This document shows positions 18,987 through 28,359 of a DNA stretch of 64,000 bases, piece by piece. Source of the DNA: Spirochaetia bacterium (GTDB taxonomy: Bacteria > Spirochaetota > Spirochaetia > UBA9216). The DNA is taken from contig OZ223270.1 in assembly GCA_965140585.1 (NCBI GenBank), positions 160,001 through 224,000 on the forward strand. Reading direction: 5' to 3'. The first letter of the stretch is position 1, and every line of letters starts with the position of its first letter. Under the pieces are notes generated by a model. The model was given only the letters and a program-made list of their open reading frames with translations, was not told the origin of the DNA and searched no databases. The position numbers and the translations under genes are program-made.

Positions 18987-19433
18987 CTAAAATGCGCCCA
19001 GCTGGCAGCTGTGTATCTTTATCGACATCAAATCACAGACAGCCGCAGCCTGAGCCTTGGTAGAGCCGGCTTTTTCCGCAGCCGTCCAGAGAGTACGGCA
19101 GCTGATACCGCCGTTCCGCGAGTCCTCCTCAATTATTTCTTTGAGTACATCCACATCATCCTCAGAAGGCAGGGTTTTATCGACCTCATCCTTATCTTTG
19201 CCGAACAGTCCAAGCTGACAGCCTATGATTCTGATCTCAAGAAGATCCATGTTCCTGCCGGTTTCAGCCGGGCTCACACCCAGTTCCGACGCAATCCGGT
19301 GGGCTGTAGTACAGCTTAACCGTCCATTTTCGGCTTCTGCCTTCAGCACTTCAGCAATCCGCTCATTCAAGGCTGATTTGTCCGGATGTTTTCCGGCGTA
19401 ATTTCCTTCGTCCTGATGCATTTCATCCTCCAT
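18987..19433 (-). CDS. Hypothetical protein with a duplicated Cys-containing domain
   Basis: Two repeats of the form xSC..A...A...G.......D...I.I..CQLG.F; start uncertain. Confidence 0.75.
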   Translation of the reverse strand: MEDEMHQDEGNYAGKHPDKSALNERIAEVLKAEAENGRLSCTTAHRIASELGVSPAETGRNMDLLEIRIIGCQLGLFGKDKDEVDKTLPSEDDVDVLKEIIEEDSRNGGISCRTLWTAAEKAGSTKAQAAAVCDLMSIKIHSCQLGAF

Positions 19434-19434
19434 G

Positions 19435-22400
19435 TCAGAGATCCCAGCTGTTTTCAACGAAACTGCCTTCTTCTCCGTTTTTAGTTACTGTAATGAATGT
19501 ATCTATTTCCTGTTTAAGCTCCTGTACGTGTGAAATCACACCTACGGTTCTGTTTTCATGTTTAAGTGATTTAAGGCTGTCAAAGACAAGTTCAAGAGAC
19601 TCCCTGTCCAGAGAACCGAAGCCCTCATCGAGAAAGAAGAACTCAGCCTTTCCCTTCTCCATGTTGTCGGCAAGAGCGAGTGCAAGGGAAAATGCCGCCT
19701 GAAAAGTCTGTCCGCCGGAAAGGGTCTTTACTGATCTTGTTTTTCCGTCATTGAGATAGTCCCGTATGATGAAGTTATTTGATTCATCAAGCTCAATCCG
19801 AAGTGATTCACGTGTCAGTATACGAAAGCGGCTGTTTGCAGAGTTACAGAGTTCCTTGAGGTAGACTGTCGCAACATAATCGACAAACTTGTTTCCCTGA
19901 AGCATAAACTTCAGCAATTTCAGATTTTCAGCCCTGGTATCAAGCTCCTTTTTCTGCTTCAAAAGCTCAGTCTTTTTTTCAAGATCGGCAGCAGCCCTTT
20001 TAAGCTCGGATTCATAACGCCCCGCATCACCTGACAGCCTCTGAACCTCCTGCTTCAGTTGAGTATTACGCATTTTTTCGGCCTGAAAGGCATCCTCATC
20101 AAAGCTTTCTCCCAGGGTAAGTTCTTTAAGATGCGCAATCCTTGCCGAAACCTCTTGAAAGGCTTTCTCAAATTCCTGAACCCGGCTTCGAATTACCTCT
20201 ATTTCAGAAGCGCGGCTTAGAATTGCAGAAACCTCTTCGATTGAATCGGCCTTTTTCTCTTCAAGCATTTCATTTATCTTCTTTCTGAGTTCCGATATTG
20301 CAGCCTCTGTTTCAGAGAGCCTGGCCGACAGTTCTGATTTTTTGGAGTCAAGCCCGGCAGCAAGGGCCGTCAGTGATTCACGTTTTTCAGAAAGCCTCAT
20401 GTAATTATCCGAAATATTTTTTATGTTTTCATCATTTTCTCTCTGCAGCTTCTGAAGCACTTCCGTTCCGGAAGCGGAATGCACTTTTATGAAACCGGAA
20501 TCAATTCTTTCTTCGATACTTTCAATTCGGGCTGCTATTGCTGACCGGCTGTTCCTGAGCTCGGCAAGTTTTCCTGCGGCAGTCTCAGTTGCGAAACGAA
20601 GTTTCTCCATGTCAGCATTAATCCCGGACTGCGCACGTCTGATATCTTCCGTCCGTTTCTGATTATCAAGAAACCTGCGGTATTCCTGCCGGAAACCATC
20701 AGGATCAGAAGAATCGAACCTGTCGGAACTGAATGAAGCTTCAAAATCAAGGATAGCTGCCGATGCAGCAGCTGCTTCCCCGCGGCATTCGGCCGCAGAG
20801 GTCTCTGCAGATCGGAGGGAAGCACTCAGAGCTGTCAACTCAGTTTTAAGCCTTTCAAGAGCCGCTTTTCGCCTGCTCAGGGAATCTGCGGCTCCGGTCA
20901 GGGTATCTCCTCCGGATTGGGAGATTCCGGCGGGTGCCGGATGTTCGGTAGAACCGCAGAGTGGACAGGGTTTACCATCCTGAAGAGATGAACTGAGTCT
21001 TGCCATCTCATTCCGGACAGCCTCTTCTTTCTGCTTCTCCCGCAGAGCAAGATCCTCCCTGGACAGCCTCTCCTCAGCATCGGAGACAGCAGACAGCGCC
21101 TCATCTACTGAATGGATATCCGGAAATTTAAAGCCGGAGTTCTCAGCAGCTTCCCCGGAAATCATATGAAAAAACTCATCTTCATTCTGTTTCTGCCGAT
21201 TTACAACCGCAGCCAGTCTTTCAAGCACAGCTTTCTCAGTATCCTTAAGAGCATCCATCTTTGAATACCACTCAGAAAGACCGCTCATCTGCTCGGCAGT
21301 ACCGGACTGCTGCAGTCCTTCAAGTTCGCTGTTCAAATTATCAAGCTCAGATTTAAATGCAGCAATTTTTTCAGCTGATTCCGCCGGAAATTTCTCAGCT
21401 GTCGATATATTAGAATCAAGCTGTTTAAGTTCAGCCCTGAAGCTCTGAAGCTCCAGGAGACCCTTAACCCATTCCGTTTTCTTTTTATAGTCATCAAGCT
21501 GTTCGTACTGCGCTCCTGCTTTTTCAAAAGCGGTATTCAGCTCAATCCGTTCCGATGTAATTTTCTGTATTTCTTTCTCAGCTTCTGAAAGCTGGGCAGC
21601 AGACCGATTCTCTTGTTTTTCGAGGTATGCAAGACGCTCAAGATCCGATTTAAAATATTCAACATAGATCTGATAAGCGGAAATGAGCTTTTTTTCTTCA
21701 TTGATATCAGAAGCTCTGGAGTCGAGCTCCTTTTTCTGAATCTCGTATCCCGAGAGCTCTGCGAAGCGTTCGGCCAGGCCCTTCATGCGCTCAAAGGCTT
21801 CACTGCTTTTATTAAAATCAACCTGTGCTTTCTCCAGCAGAGCGATGTTCGCTTCAGCCTCTACCTTCAGTTTTTCCAAATCCTCTTTGGAGATACTCTC
21901 AAGGCCGCTGAGGGCACCGTCAATTCCAGCAGCTTCCTTGCTGGTGCGGGAAGCAAGTATAGAAGCTCTGCCGAAAAGGTCAAAGCGACCGAGGCTGAAA
22001 AGATCCTTGAGCATGCTGGTTCGCTCGTTTTTTCCCAGATGAAGAAACTCCTGAAACTGCCCCTGCGGAACAATCACCGCGCGGCGGAAGCTGTTGTAAT
22101 TCATTCCAAGGATGCCCTCAGCTGAAACTTCATTAGTTTTATCGAAAAGAGGAATCCAGCTACCATTATCATCTCGATAAGCCGACCGCTCCGGCGTTTC
22201 AATTTTATCGAAAGTCTTCTTATTTCTTTTAACATCGAAGGTAAACCGGTAACGGCAGCCTTCATGACCGAAAATAAAATCAATACTCATAGTAGACGAT
22301 CTGAGATTCATCATATTATAAGTTCGGTTAGGCTTATCAAGTCTTACAATCTCACCGTACAGGACGAAGGTTATCGCCTCAAGGATAGCCGACTTTCCGC

Positions 22401-22515
22401 TGCCGACACTTCCGAATATACCAAACAGATCAGCTTCGGTGAGCCTTGTAAAATCAATCTCAGTCCTGCTGCGGTAGGAGTAAACACCCTCAAGAATAAG
22501 TTTTTCAGGTCTCAT
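19435..22515 (-). CDS. sbcC: SbcC (Rad50-like) ATPase
   Basis: GSVGSGKS, PQGQF, zinc hook CPLCGS, LSGGQ and FFFLDEGFGSLD. Confidence 0.95.
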   Translation of the reverse strand: MRPEKLILEGVYSYRSRTEIDFTRLTEADLFGIFGSVGSGKSAILEAITFVLYGEIVRLDKPNRTYNMMNLRSSTMSIDFIFGHEGCRYRFTFDVKRNKKTFDKIETPERSAYRDDNGSWIPLFDKTNEVSAEGILGMNYNSFRRAVIVPQGQFQEFLHLGKNERTSMLKDLFSLGRFDLFGRASILASRTSKEAAGIDGALSGLESISKEDLEKLKVEAEANIALLEKAQVDFNKSSEAFERMKGLAERFAELSGYEIQKKELDSRASDINEEKKLISAYQIYVEYFKSDLERLAYLEKQENRSAAQLSEAEKEIQKITSERIELNTAFEKAGAQYEQLDDYKKKTEWVKGLLELQSFRAELKQLDSNISTAEKFPAESAEKIAAFKSELDNLNSELEGLQQSGTAEQMSGLSEWYSKMDALKDTEKAVLERLAAVVNRQKQNEDEFFHMISGEAAENSGFKFPDIHSVDEALSAVSDAEERLSREDLALREKQKEEAVRNEMARLSSSLQDGKPCPLCGSTEHPAPAGISQSGGDTLTGAADSLSRRKAALERLKTELTALSASLRSAETSAAECRGEAAAASAAILDFEASFSSDRFDSSDPDGFRQEYRRFLDNQKRTEDIRRAQSGINADMEKLRFATETAAGKLAELRNSRSAIAARIESIEERIDSGFIKVHSASGTEVLQKLQRENDENIKNISDNYMRLSEKRESLTALAAGLDSKKSELSARLSETEAAISELRKKINEMLEEKKADSIEEVSAILSRASEIEVIRSRVQEFEKAFQEVSARIAHLKELTLGESFDEDAFQAEKMRNTQLKQEVQRLSGDAGRYESELKRAAADLEKKTELLKQKKELDTRAENLKLLKFMLQGNKFVDYVATVYLKELCNSANSRFRILTRESLRIELDESNNFIIRDYLNDGKTRSVKTLSGGQTFQAAFSLALALADNMEKGKAEFFFLDEGFGSLDRESLELVFDSLKSLKHENRTVGVISHVQELKQEIDTFITVTKNGEEGSFVENSWDL

Positions 22516-23772
22516 TCATCATCCTCCCCGAGCGCAGAAAGCTCACCAAAAAGCGTCATCAGTGCTTCATCTGGAGGACTTCCCTTCACTGCCTCAAAAT
22601 AGGATGAAAAAAGTTCCGGTACGGATTTACCAAGATCCGGAAGGCTTTCCGAAGACTGCGTGCCGATGCCTTCATCAATCTCAAGCTCAGGAATCAAAGC
22701 AGTAATACCCGGGTGCAGGCTGTACAGCATCTTCCGCTCATCGGCGCTTATCCATGACTCGCAGCGGACGATAAGCTCAACATAGCAGTCCTGGTTTTCC
22801 TTCAGCCAGGCTTCGGCTTCACTGATTCCGGGAAACCGCTTTCTGAGAATCCGCTTTCCCGATCTAACAGGGATTTTTTCAACCACGGCTTTTGCGCCGG
22901 GCTTAGCATCAATAAGTACAGCATACTTCTGCTGGTTTTCCTCGCTGAGTCCGAAAGCAAGCGGACTGCCTGAGTACACTGCAGGGGCTCCGGACGGCGT
23001 GTTAATCTCAGAGAAGCGATGAAGATGCCCGAGGGCTGTATACTGAATCTGCGGAGGCACCAGAGCGGCGTCAATCATTTCAAGCCCGCCGGGATGAAGG
23101 ATTGAACGCTCTCCCTCAGGTTCGGGATTCTCCGGCAGTTCTTCACTGAAAAGCGGTCCGATCTCCGAGCCTGCACTCATAAACAGGTGTGCTGCAAGAA
23201 TATTTACAGCCTTATCATCACAGGTACTTATCAGCAAGCTCCTTCCAGAGCTGTCCGAGAACCTCTGAAATTTTCTGTTCACGGTCTTCAGCACCGAGAT
23301 ATCTTCGAAGCCTGTTTTCATTCGCATAGGCTGTAGTAATGATCCGTGCCTTTTCACCGCCGGCAGTTTCTACTTCAAGGATTCCTCGATCGGGAAAGCT
23401 GATATGTGTTCCGCATTCGAGTACTGTCTCTTTTTTCTGCATCTCGGGGTAGCCCACAAAGAAAATACCGCATTCAGCGGCGAGGGGGTCCGGAGCCTCG
23501 ATGCGGTCTGGTGAATCATGGTTGCCCGCAATAGCAATTACCGGCCGTCTGCCGTCATCGGAAAGTTTTTTCAGCTCCCGGTAAAGCAGTTCGGCAGCTT
23601 CAACCGGAGGGTTAAAGGTATCAAAAAGATCACCTGCAACAATAACCAGCGATACATCATTCTGTTCCGCAATTTGCTTTATCTCTTCGAGGACCTCTTT
23701 CTGTTCATCTATCCTGCTGTAATCTCCAAGTCTGGCTCCGAGGTGCCAGTCCGACGTATGTAAAATCTTCAA
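22512..23772 (-). pseudogene. sbcD: SbcD nuclease, split by a +1 frameshift near 23223
   Basis: Frame 1 has ILHTSDWH, GDLFD and GNHDS; frame 2 has AAHLF, ALGHLH and YSGSP; junction TAC-C-TGT. Confidence 0.85.
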
Positions 23773-23796
23773 TAGGTGCTCCGGATTTTTTCAATT

Positions 23797-23947
23797 AGGG
23801 AAAATCAAAAATCGGGGATTTTTGATTTTCCGACCTTAATGTAAATGAAGAAAATTTTACAAGCTGAACTAAATCAGGAATTTGAATATTTATGTAAAAT
23901 TTTGCTTCTGAACATCTTTCAAAACTAACCAAGTCTTGAAAGATGTT
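23797..23947. repeat. Three-hairpin dispersed element, copy C
   Basis: Stems 23799-813/23817-31, 23847-61/23893-908 and 23911-26/23932-47; linker ACCTTAATGTAAAT at 23833-46. Confidence 0.8.
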
Positions 23948-24032
23948 ACATTATACCTTTATTTTTTCCTTTCTGTGAATAAATGATTTATAAAGATGTA
24001 TTTATGGATGTCACAAAAATCGAGGTAATCAG

Positions 24033-24770
24033 ATGATAGAAATCAATGAAATCAGTAAAAGCTATTCAAAGGGCACGGTTAAAGCGGTCGACGGCCTGAA
24101 TCTCACAGTTGAACCGGGCCAGATTTTCGGTTTTCTCGGCCCCAACGGAGCAGGAAAATCAACAACAATTAAAATGCTTGCAGGCCTGCTGAACCCTGAC
24201 ATCGGAAAGCTTAAACTCTGCGGGATCGATATCGTGCAAAAACCCATTGAGGCAAAGAAGCTTATCGGATACGTACCGGATGAACCGGTATTCTATGACA
24301 AAATGAGCGGCCTAACCTTTCTCAAGTTCATTGCTGATATTTATGACTGCGATGAAAAACAGAGAGAAGCAGCCCTTGGCACAGCAGCTGAGTTCGGTCT
24401 AGAAGACAAGCTTTCCGAGCTAATCTCATCCTACTCTCACGGGATGAAGCAGAAACTTTCAATAACCGCAGCCCTCATGCATGAACCTGAAGTGTTTATA
24501 CTCGATGAGCCTATTTCAGGACTCGATCCCCAGTCGGCCTTCGTCTTAAAAACAAAAATGAGGGAACTCTGCGATCTGGGCAAAACGGTATTCTTCTCAA
24601 CCCATGTAATGGAAGTAGCCGAAAGAATCTGCGACCGGGTCGGAATAATTAGCCACGGAAAGATCAGGGCACTCGGCCGGATGGATGAGATTAAGACCGG
24701 AGCACAACCCGGCGATACTCTCGAAAAAATATTCCTGGAGCTTACAAATGAAAACAGCAGCACTGATTAA
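24033..24770 (+). CDS. ABC transporter ATP-binding protein
   Basis: GPNGAGKS, YSHGMKQK, ILDEP motifs. Confidence 0.93.
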   Translation: MIEINEISKSYSKGTVKAVDGLNLTVEPGQIFGFLGPNGAGKSTTIKMLAGLLNPDIGKLKLCGIDIVQKPIEAKKLIGYVPDEPVFYDKMSGLTFLKFIADIYDCDEKQREAALGTAAEFGLEDKLSELISSYSHGMKQKLSITAALMHEPEVFILDEPISGLDPQSAFVLKTKMRELCDLGKTVFFSTHVMEVAERICDRVGIISHGKIRALGRMDEIKTGAQPGDTLEKIFLELTNENSSTD

Positions 24771-26415
24771 AGCCAACATCCTCTCATCGGGTATGTTTTC
24801 AAAAGCATACTTCAGTCAGATGAAAGAAAAAGACAGGCTCTGGCTGATACCGATAGCCGGTCTTGGAATGCTCTCAGGCCTCGGAACATTCATGTTCATG
24901 CTGATAAGCAACTACCAGGCTATGCTGACAGCCGGAGTGATTGCCGGCAAACCCGAAACCGTACTTCTTGTTGCGTCGGCTGCAGCCTCATTCATGCTTT
25001 TCTTCGTATCAGTACCCATAGCGCTGTCGGTATTTTTCCAGTCGAAGGAAAACCGGCTGCTTTTAAGCCTGCCGATATCTATCTACGACATCATCATATC
25101 CAAATCAGCCTACATCTACATATTCACCCAGCCGATAAATCTATTTTTCTTCATACCCGCAGTAGTAGTATATCTGCAGTGGGCAGGGTCGGGCTTTATG
25201 CCGATTCTGGCAGCACTGTTCACCGTAATCTTACAGCCGCTTATCCCGATATGCATCGCAGCAGCGGCAGCGGCCCTGCTTTCGAAGCTGTCCGGAAGGG
25301 GTAAACACAAGAGCCTTCTGGAAATTGCGGGGATGCTGACAGGGGTTATCCTTATTGTCGCCATACAGACGCTATGGAGCCGCCAGTTGATGAACGGGGA
25401 CACTGCGGCCATTGCTGCCCTGCTTAACAGATATATCGGAATTCTTGAACAGGCCTTCTTCATTTCAAGGTTCGCAGCAGTTTCAATCGGTAACGGCAGC
25501 ATTATCTATGCACTGCTCCACGCGGCAACCTCAGCTGCTGTCTTCTGCGGTGTATTTCTTCTGATGAACAGGCTGATTCTTAACGCACTGCGAAGTGCGG
25601 GACAGACCGCGTCAGTACGGAAAAAGCGGCGCGCAGACAGCCGTTCGACCCAAAAGCACCACCTCCAGTTTCTGAAGAAGTCATCCCCCGGGGCGGCCTT
25701 AATGCTGCGAGAATGGAGAATACTCAGTTCTAACTCTACCTTTCTTTTTGAAGCGGCTGGAGAACTTCTTGTGCTGCCGATTATCCTGACAGTCTTCAGC
25801 TTTTCAATGCCCGATGAGTACATGAGCCAGATAATGCCGTTTTTCAACGGCTTCCCGGCCGCCCCTCTGCTGGTGTTTGCAGCGCTGGTACTTTTCAGCA
25901 CTATCAACAGCACCGCATCAACAAGCATCTCCCGTGAAGGAAGAAGTTTTACCCTCAGCAAGAGCATTCCGGTAAGCGGCAGAGAGCAGGTGCTGGCAAA
26001 GCTTTACTTTCAGCTGGTGCTGTTCTGCGGAAGCTGGTTTCTGAATATCATCATCATGTTTGCAATTTTCAGGTTCCCGGCCGCTCATCTGATTTATCTG
26101 CTGCCCGGGGGACCGGCATTCATCATGATTGGATTTGCCCTTGGACTGGGAATAGATCTATCACGGCCGGTACTCAATTGGGACAATCCCCAGCAGGCAA
26201 TAAAGCAGAACATGAATGTACTTGCAGGAATGGGGATGAGTCTGCTCCCGGCAATTGCAGGCGCAGCAGTGGGCGCAGGACTGTATTTCGCTGGCCTTCC
26301 GGTAGTGTTAATCGGGGTGGTAATAACCCTGGCGGCCGCAGCAGCAGCTATACTGCTGCTAAAAAGACTGCTTGGCACTGCAGACCGCCGCTATGCTGAG
26401 ATTATTCCCACCTGA
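24748..26415 (+). CDS. ABC-2 type permease (multi-TM)
   Basis: Many TM segments, SISREG motif; overlaps the ATPase gene; start taken at M22. Confidence 0.85.
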   Translation: MKTAALIKANILSSGMFSKAYFSQMKEKDRLWLIPIAGLGMLSGLGTFMFMLISNYQAMLTAGVIAGKPETVLLVASAAASFMLFFVSVPIALSVFFQSKENRLLLSLPISIYDIIISKSAYIYIFTQPINLFFFIPAVVVYLQWAGSGFMPILAALFTVILQPLIPICIAAAAAALLSKLSGRGKHKSLLEIAGMLTGVILIVAIQTLWSRQLMNGDTAAIAALLNRYIGILEQAFFISRFAAVSIGNGSIIYALLHAATSAAVFCGVFLLMNRLILNALRSAGQTASVRKKRRADSRSTQKHHLQFLKKSSPGAALMLREWRILSSNSTFLFEAAGELLVLPIILTVFSFSMPDEYMSQIMPFFNGFPAAPLLVFAALVLFSTINSTASTSISREGRSFTLSKSIPVSGREQVLAKLYFQLVLFCGSWFLNIIIMFAIFRFPAAHLIYLLPGGPAFIMIGFALGLGIDLSRPVLNWDNPQQAIKQNMNVLAGMGMSLLPAIAGAAVGAGLYFAGLPVVLIGVVITLAAAAAAILLLKRLLGTADRRYAEIIPT

Positions 26416-27397
26416 AAAGAAGCGATGCGGCTAAAAGAAAAGCAGCAGTCATTGCACCTAAAACGGCAAACTGCGGAAGGACATCAATAAGGCCGGAACC
26501 GTCAATCATAATTTCCCTGGCCCCGTCAACAAAGTGGGTCAGCGGAAATATTTTTGAAAACTTCTGAAGCAGTTCAGGAGAGCCTTCAAGCGAAAAGAAT
26601 ACACCCGAGAATACCATCATCGGAAAACTGAAAATATTCATCAGCCCGTTGGCCAATTCCTCGCTTTTTATCCTTGCCGCAAATATCAGGCCGAAGGAAA
26701 TCATACAAAGAATGGCAAGGGCGGTTATAAGCAGAAGTAGCAGCCAGGATCCGTTCATTGTAAAATGCAGGAACAGGTTTGTTCCGGTGAATATAACAAC
26801 CGATGAAACAAGAGCAATTACAAAGCGGCTGCCCATCTGGGCTGTAACAAATACAAAGGGGGTTATCGGTGTAGCCTTCATACGCTTAAGCACCCCGTTT
26901 TTACGGTAACGTACAATTACAAAGCCGACTCCGAACATACAGCTGAAAAGCATGTTCATTCCGATAATTCCCGGAACAGCCCAGTCGATGTACCTAACCG
27001 GCTCGCCGGCGGCTTCTCTTTCAGAAAGCCCGGGAAGCATATCAACGGCGAAGTAACGCAAGACCTCGGCGGAGGAGGCTTCCGGGTTCAGGTAGAAAAC
27101 ACCTTCATTAAAATCAACAAGCATATCAAGCTGATGCTGCCTCACCTTCGACACCGCATCTTCCGGGGTGTCGGTTGAGACTATCTTATCCACCGATGAG
27201 AGATCAAAAAAAGCTGAGGCATTTTCAGGCACATCGCCGATAACCGCAGCCTTGAACAGGGCGTCATCGTCGCCTCCGAAGGCAAATGAGAACCCCACTA
27301 TCAGAAGCAGTGGGAAAAGCAGGTTCCAGAAAAGTGTACCCCTGTCCCTCACAAACTCCATCGTTCTGGCATGTACTATCGCATAAAATTTCTTCAT
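26402..27397 (-). CDS. ABC-2 type permease
   Basis: FVRDRGTLFW, VPGIIGM, GVLKR and FPLTH motifs. Confidence 0.9.
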   Translation of the reverse strand: MKKFYAIVHARTMEFVRDRGTLFWNLLFPLLLIVGFSFAFGGDDDALFKAAVIGDVPENASAFFDLSSVDKIVSTDTPEDAVSKVRQHQLDMLVDFNEGVFYLNPEASSAEVLRYFAVDMLPGLSEREAAGEPVRYIDWAVPGIIGMNMLFSCMFGVGFVIVRYRKNGVLKRMKATPITPFVFVTAQMGSRFVIALVSSVVIFTGTNLFLHFTMNGSWLLLLLITALAILCMISFGLIFAARIKSEELANGLMNIFSFPMMVFSGVFFSLEGSPELLQKFSKIFPLTHFVDGAREIMIDGSGLIDVLPQFAVLGAMTAAFLLAASLLFRWE

Positions 27398-27413
27398 TCT
27401 TATTTCTCCGCCT

Positions 27414-28289
27414 TCATGCCCGCAGCATAGTTCCCGTAAGTTTCAGGAAAAGATCTTCCAGATTCGGTTTCTGAATGGTCAACCCTTCAAGGTTGATATC
27501 ACAGTTGAGCAGATGACGCATGGTGTGATCGAGATCCGGCGTTTCAATCTTCAGAATACCGTTTTTAATCTCACCGTTTTCAAACTCAAAACAGGCTTCA
27601 TCCTTAATCGGCACCCTGACAATTGCACCGCTGAAATGCCTGTTAAGCAGGGCATGCGGCGTATCAATTTCGAGCAGTTTTCCGTGATCGATAATGCCTA
27701 TCTGGTCACATAGAATTTCAGCCTCATCCATATAATGGGTTGTAAGCAGGATAGTAGTGTTTTCAGCCTTAATTCTCTCTATCAGATCCCAGAAATTTCT
27801 TCTTGCCTGCGGATCAAGCCCGGTGGTCGGCTCATCAAGAAAGAGAATCTCAGGCCGGGGGATTATTGCCAGCCCCAGCAGCAGGCGCTGGCGCTGGCCT
27901 CCAGAAAGCTTACGGTTGTCCCTGTTAACAAACTCGGACAGCGAACAGATATCGATAATCTCATCAAGCTCACGCGGCTGCGGATATAGTGCCCGGAAAA
28001 GTTCGAGAGTTTCCTTTACCGTAATAAACTCAGGCAGGGCTGTGTTCTGAAACTGGATACCGACCTTCTGCTTGAAGTGGAAATCAATATCCCGGTCACG
28101 GAAAAGTATCCGGCCGGCAGTTGGCTTCAGTATCCCCTCCATCATTTCGATAGTGGTAGTTTTTCCTGCGCCGTTAGGCCCTAAAAGCCCGAAGCATACA
28201 CCTTCGGGAATGGAAAAGCTTATGCCTTCTACGGCCCTGACTTTCCCGTAATCCTTTACGAGGTTTTCAATCCTCATTATTTCAGTCAT
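27414..28289 (-). CDS. ABC transporter ATP-binding protein
   Basis: GPNGAGKT, LSGGQRQR, FLDEPTTGLDP motifs. Confidence 0.93.
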   Translation of the reverse strand: MTEIMRIENLVKDYGKVRAVEGISFSIPEGVCFGLLGPNGAGKTTTIEMMEGILKPTAGRILFRDRDIDFHFKQKVGIQFQNTALPEFITVKETLELFRALYPQPRELDEIIDICSLSEFVNRDNRKLSGGQRQRLLLGLAIIPRPEILFLDEPTTGLDPQARRNFWDLIERIKAENTTILLTTHYMDEAEILCDQIGIIDHGKLLEIDTPHALLNRHFSGAIVRVPIKDEACFEFENGEIKNGILKIETPDLDHTMRHLLNCDINLEGLTIQKPNLEDLFLKLTGTMLRA

Positions 28290-28359
28290 GTATCTAAAAA
28301 TATTGCTTTACCACCTCTCCGGTCAACGAAAAAAGATGAAATATCTGTTAAAATGAAGC

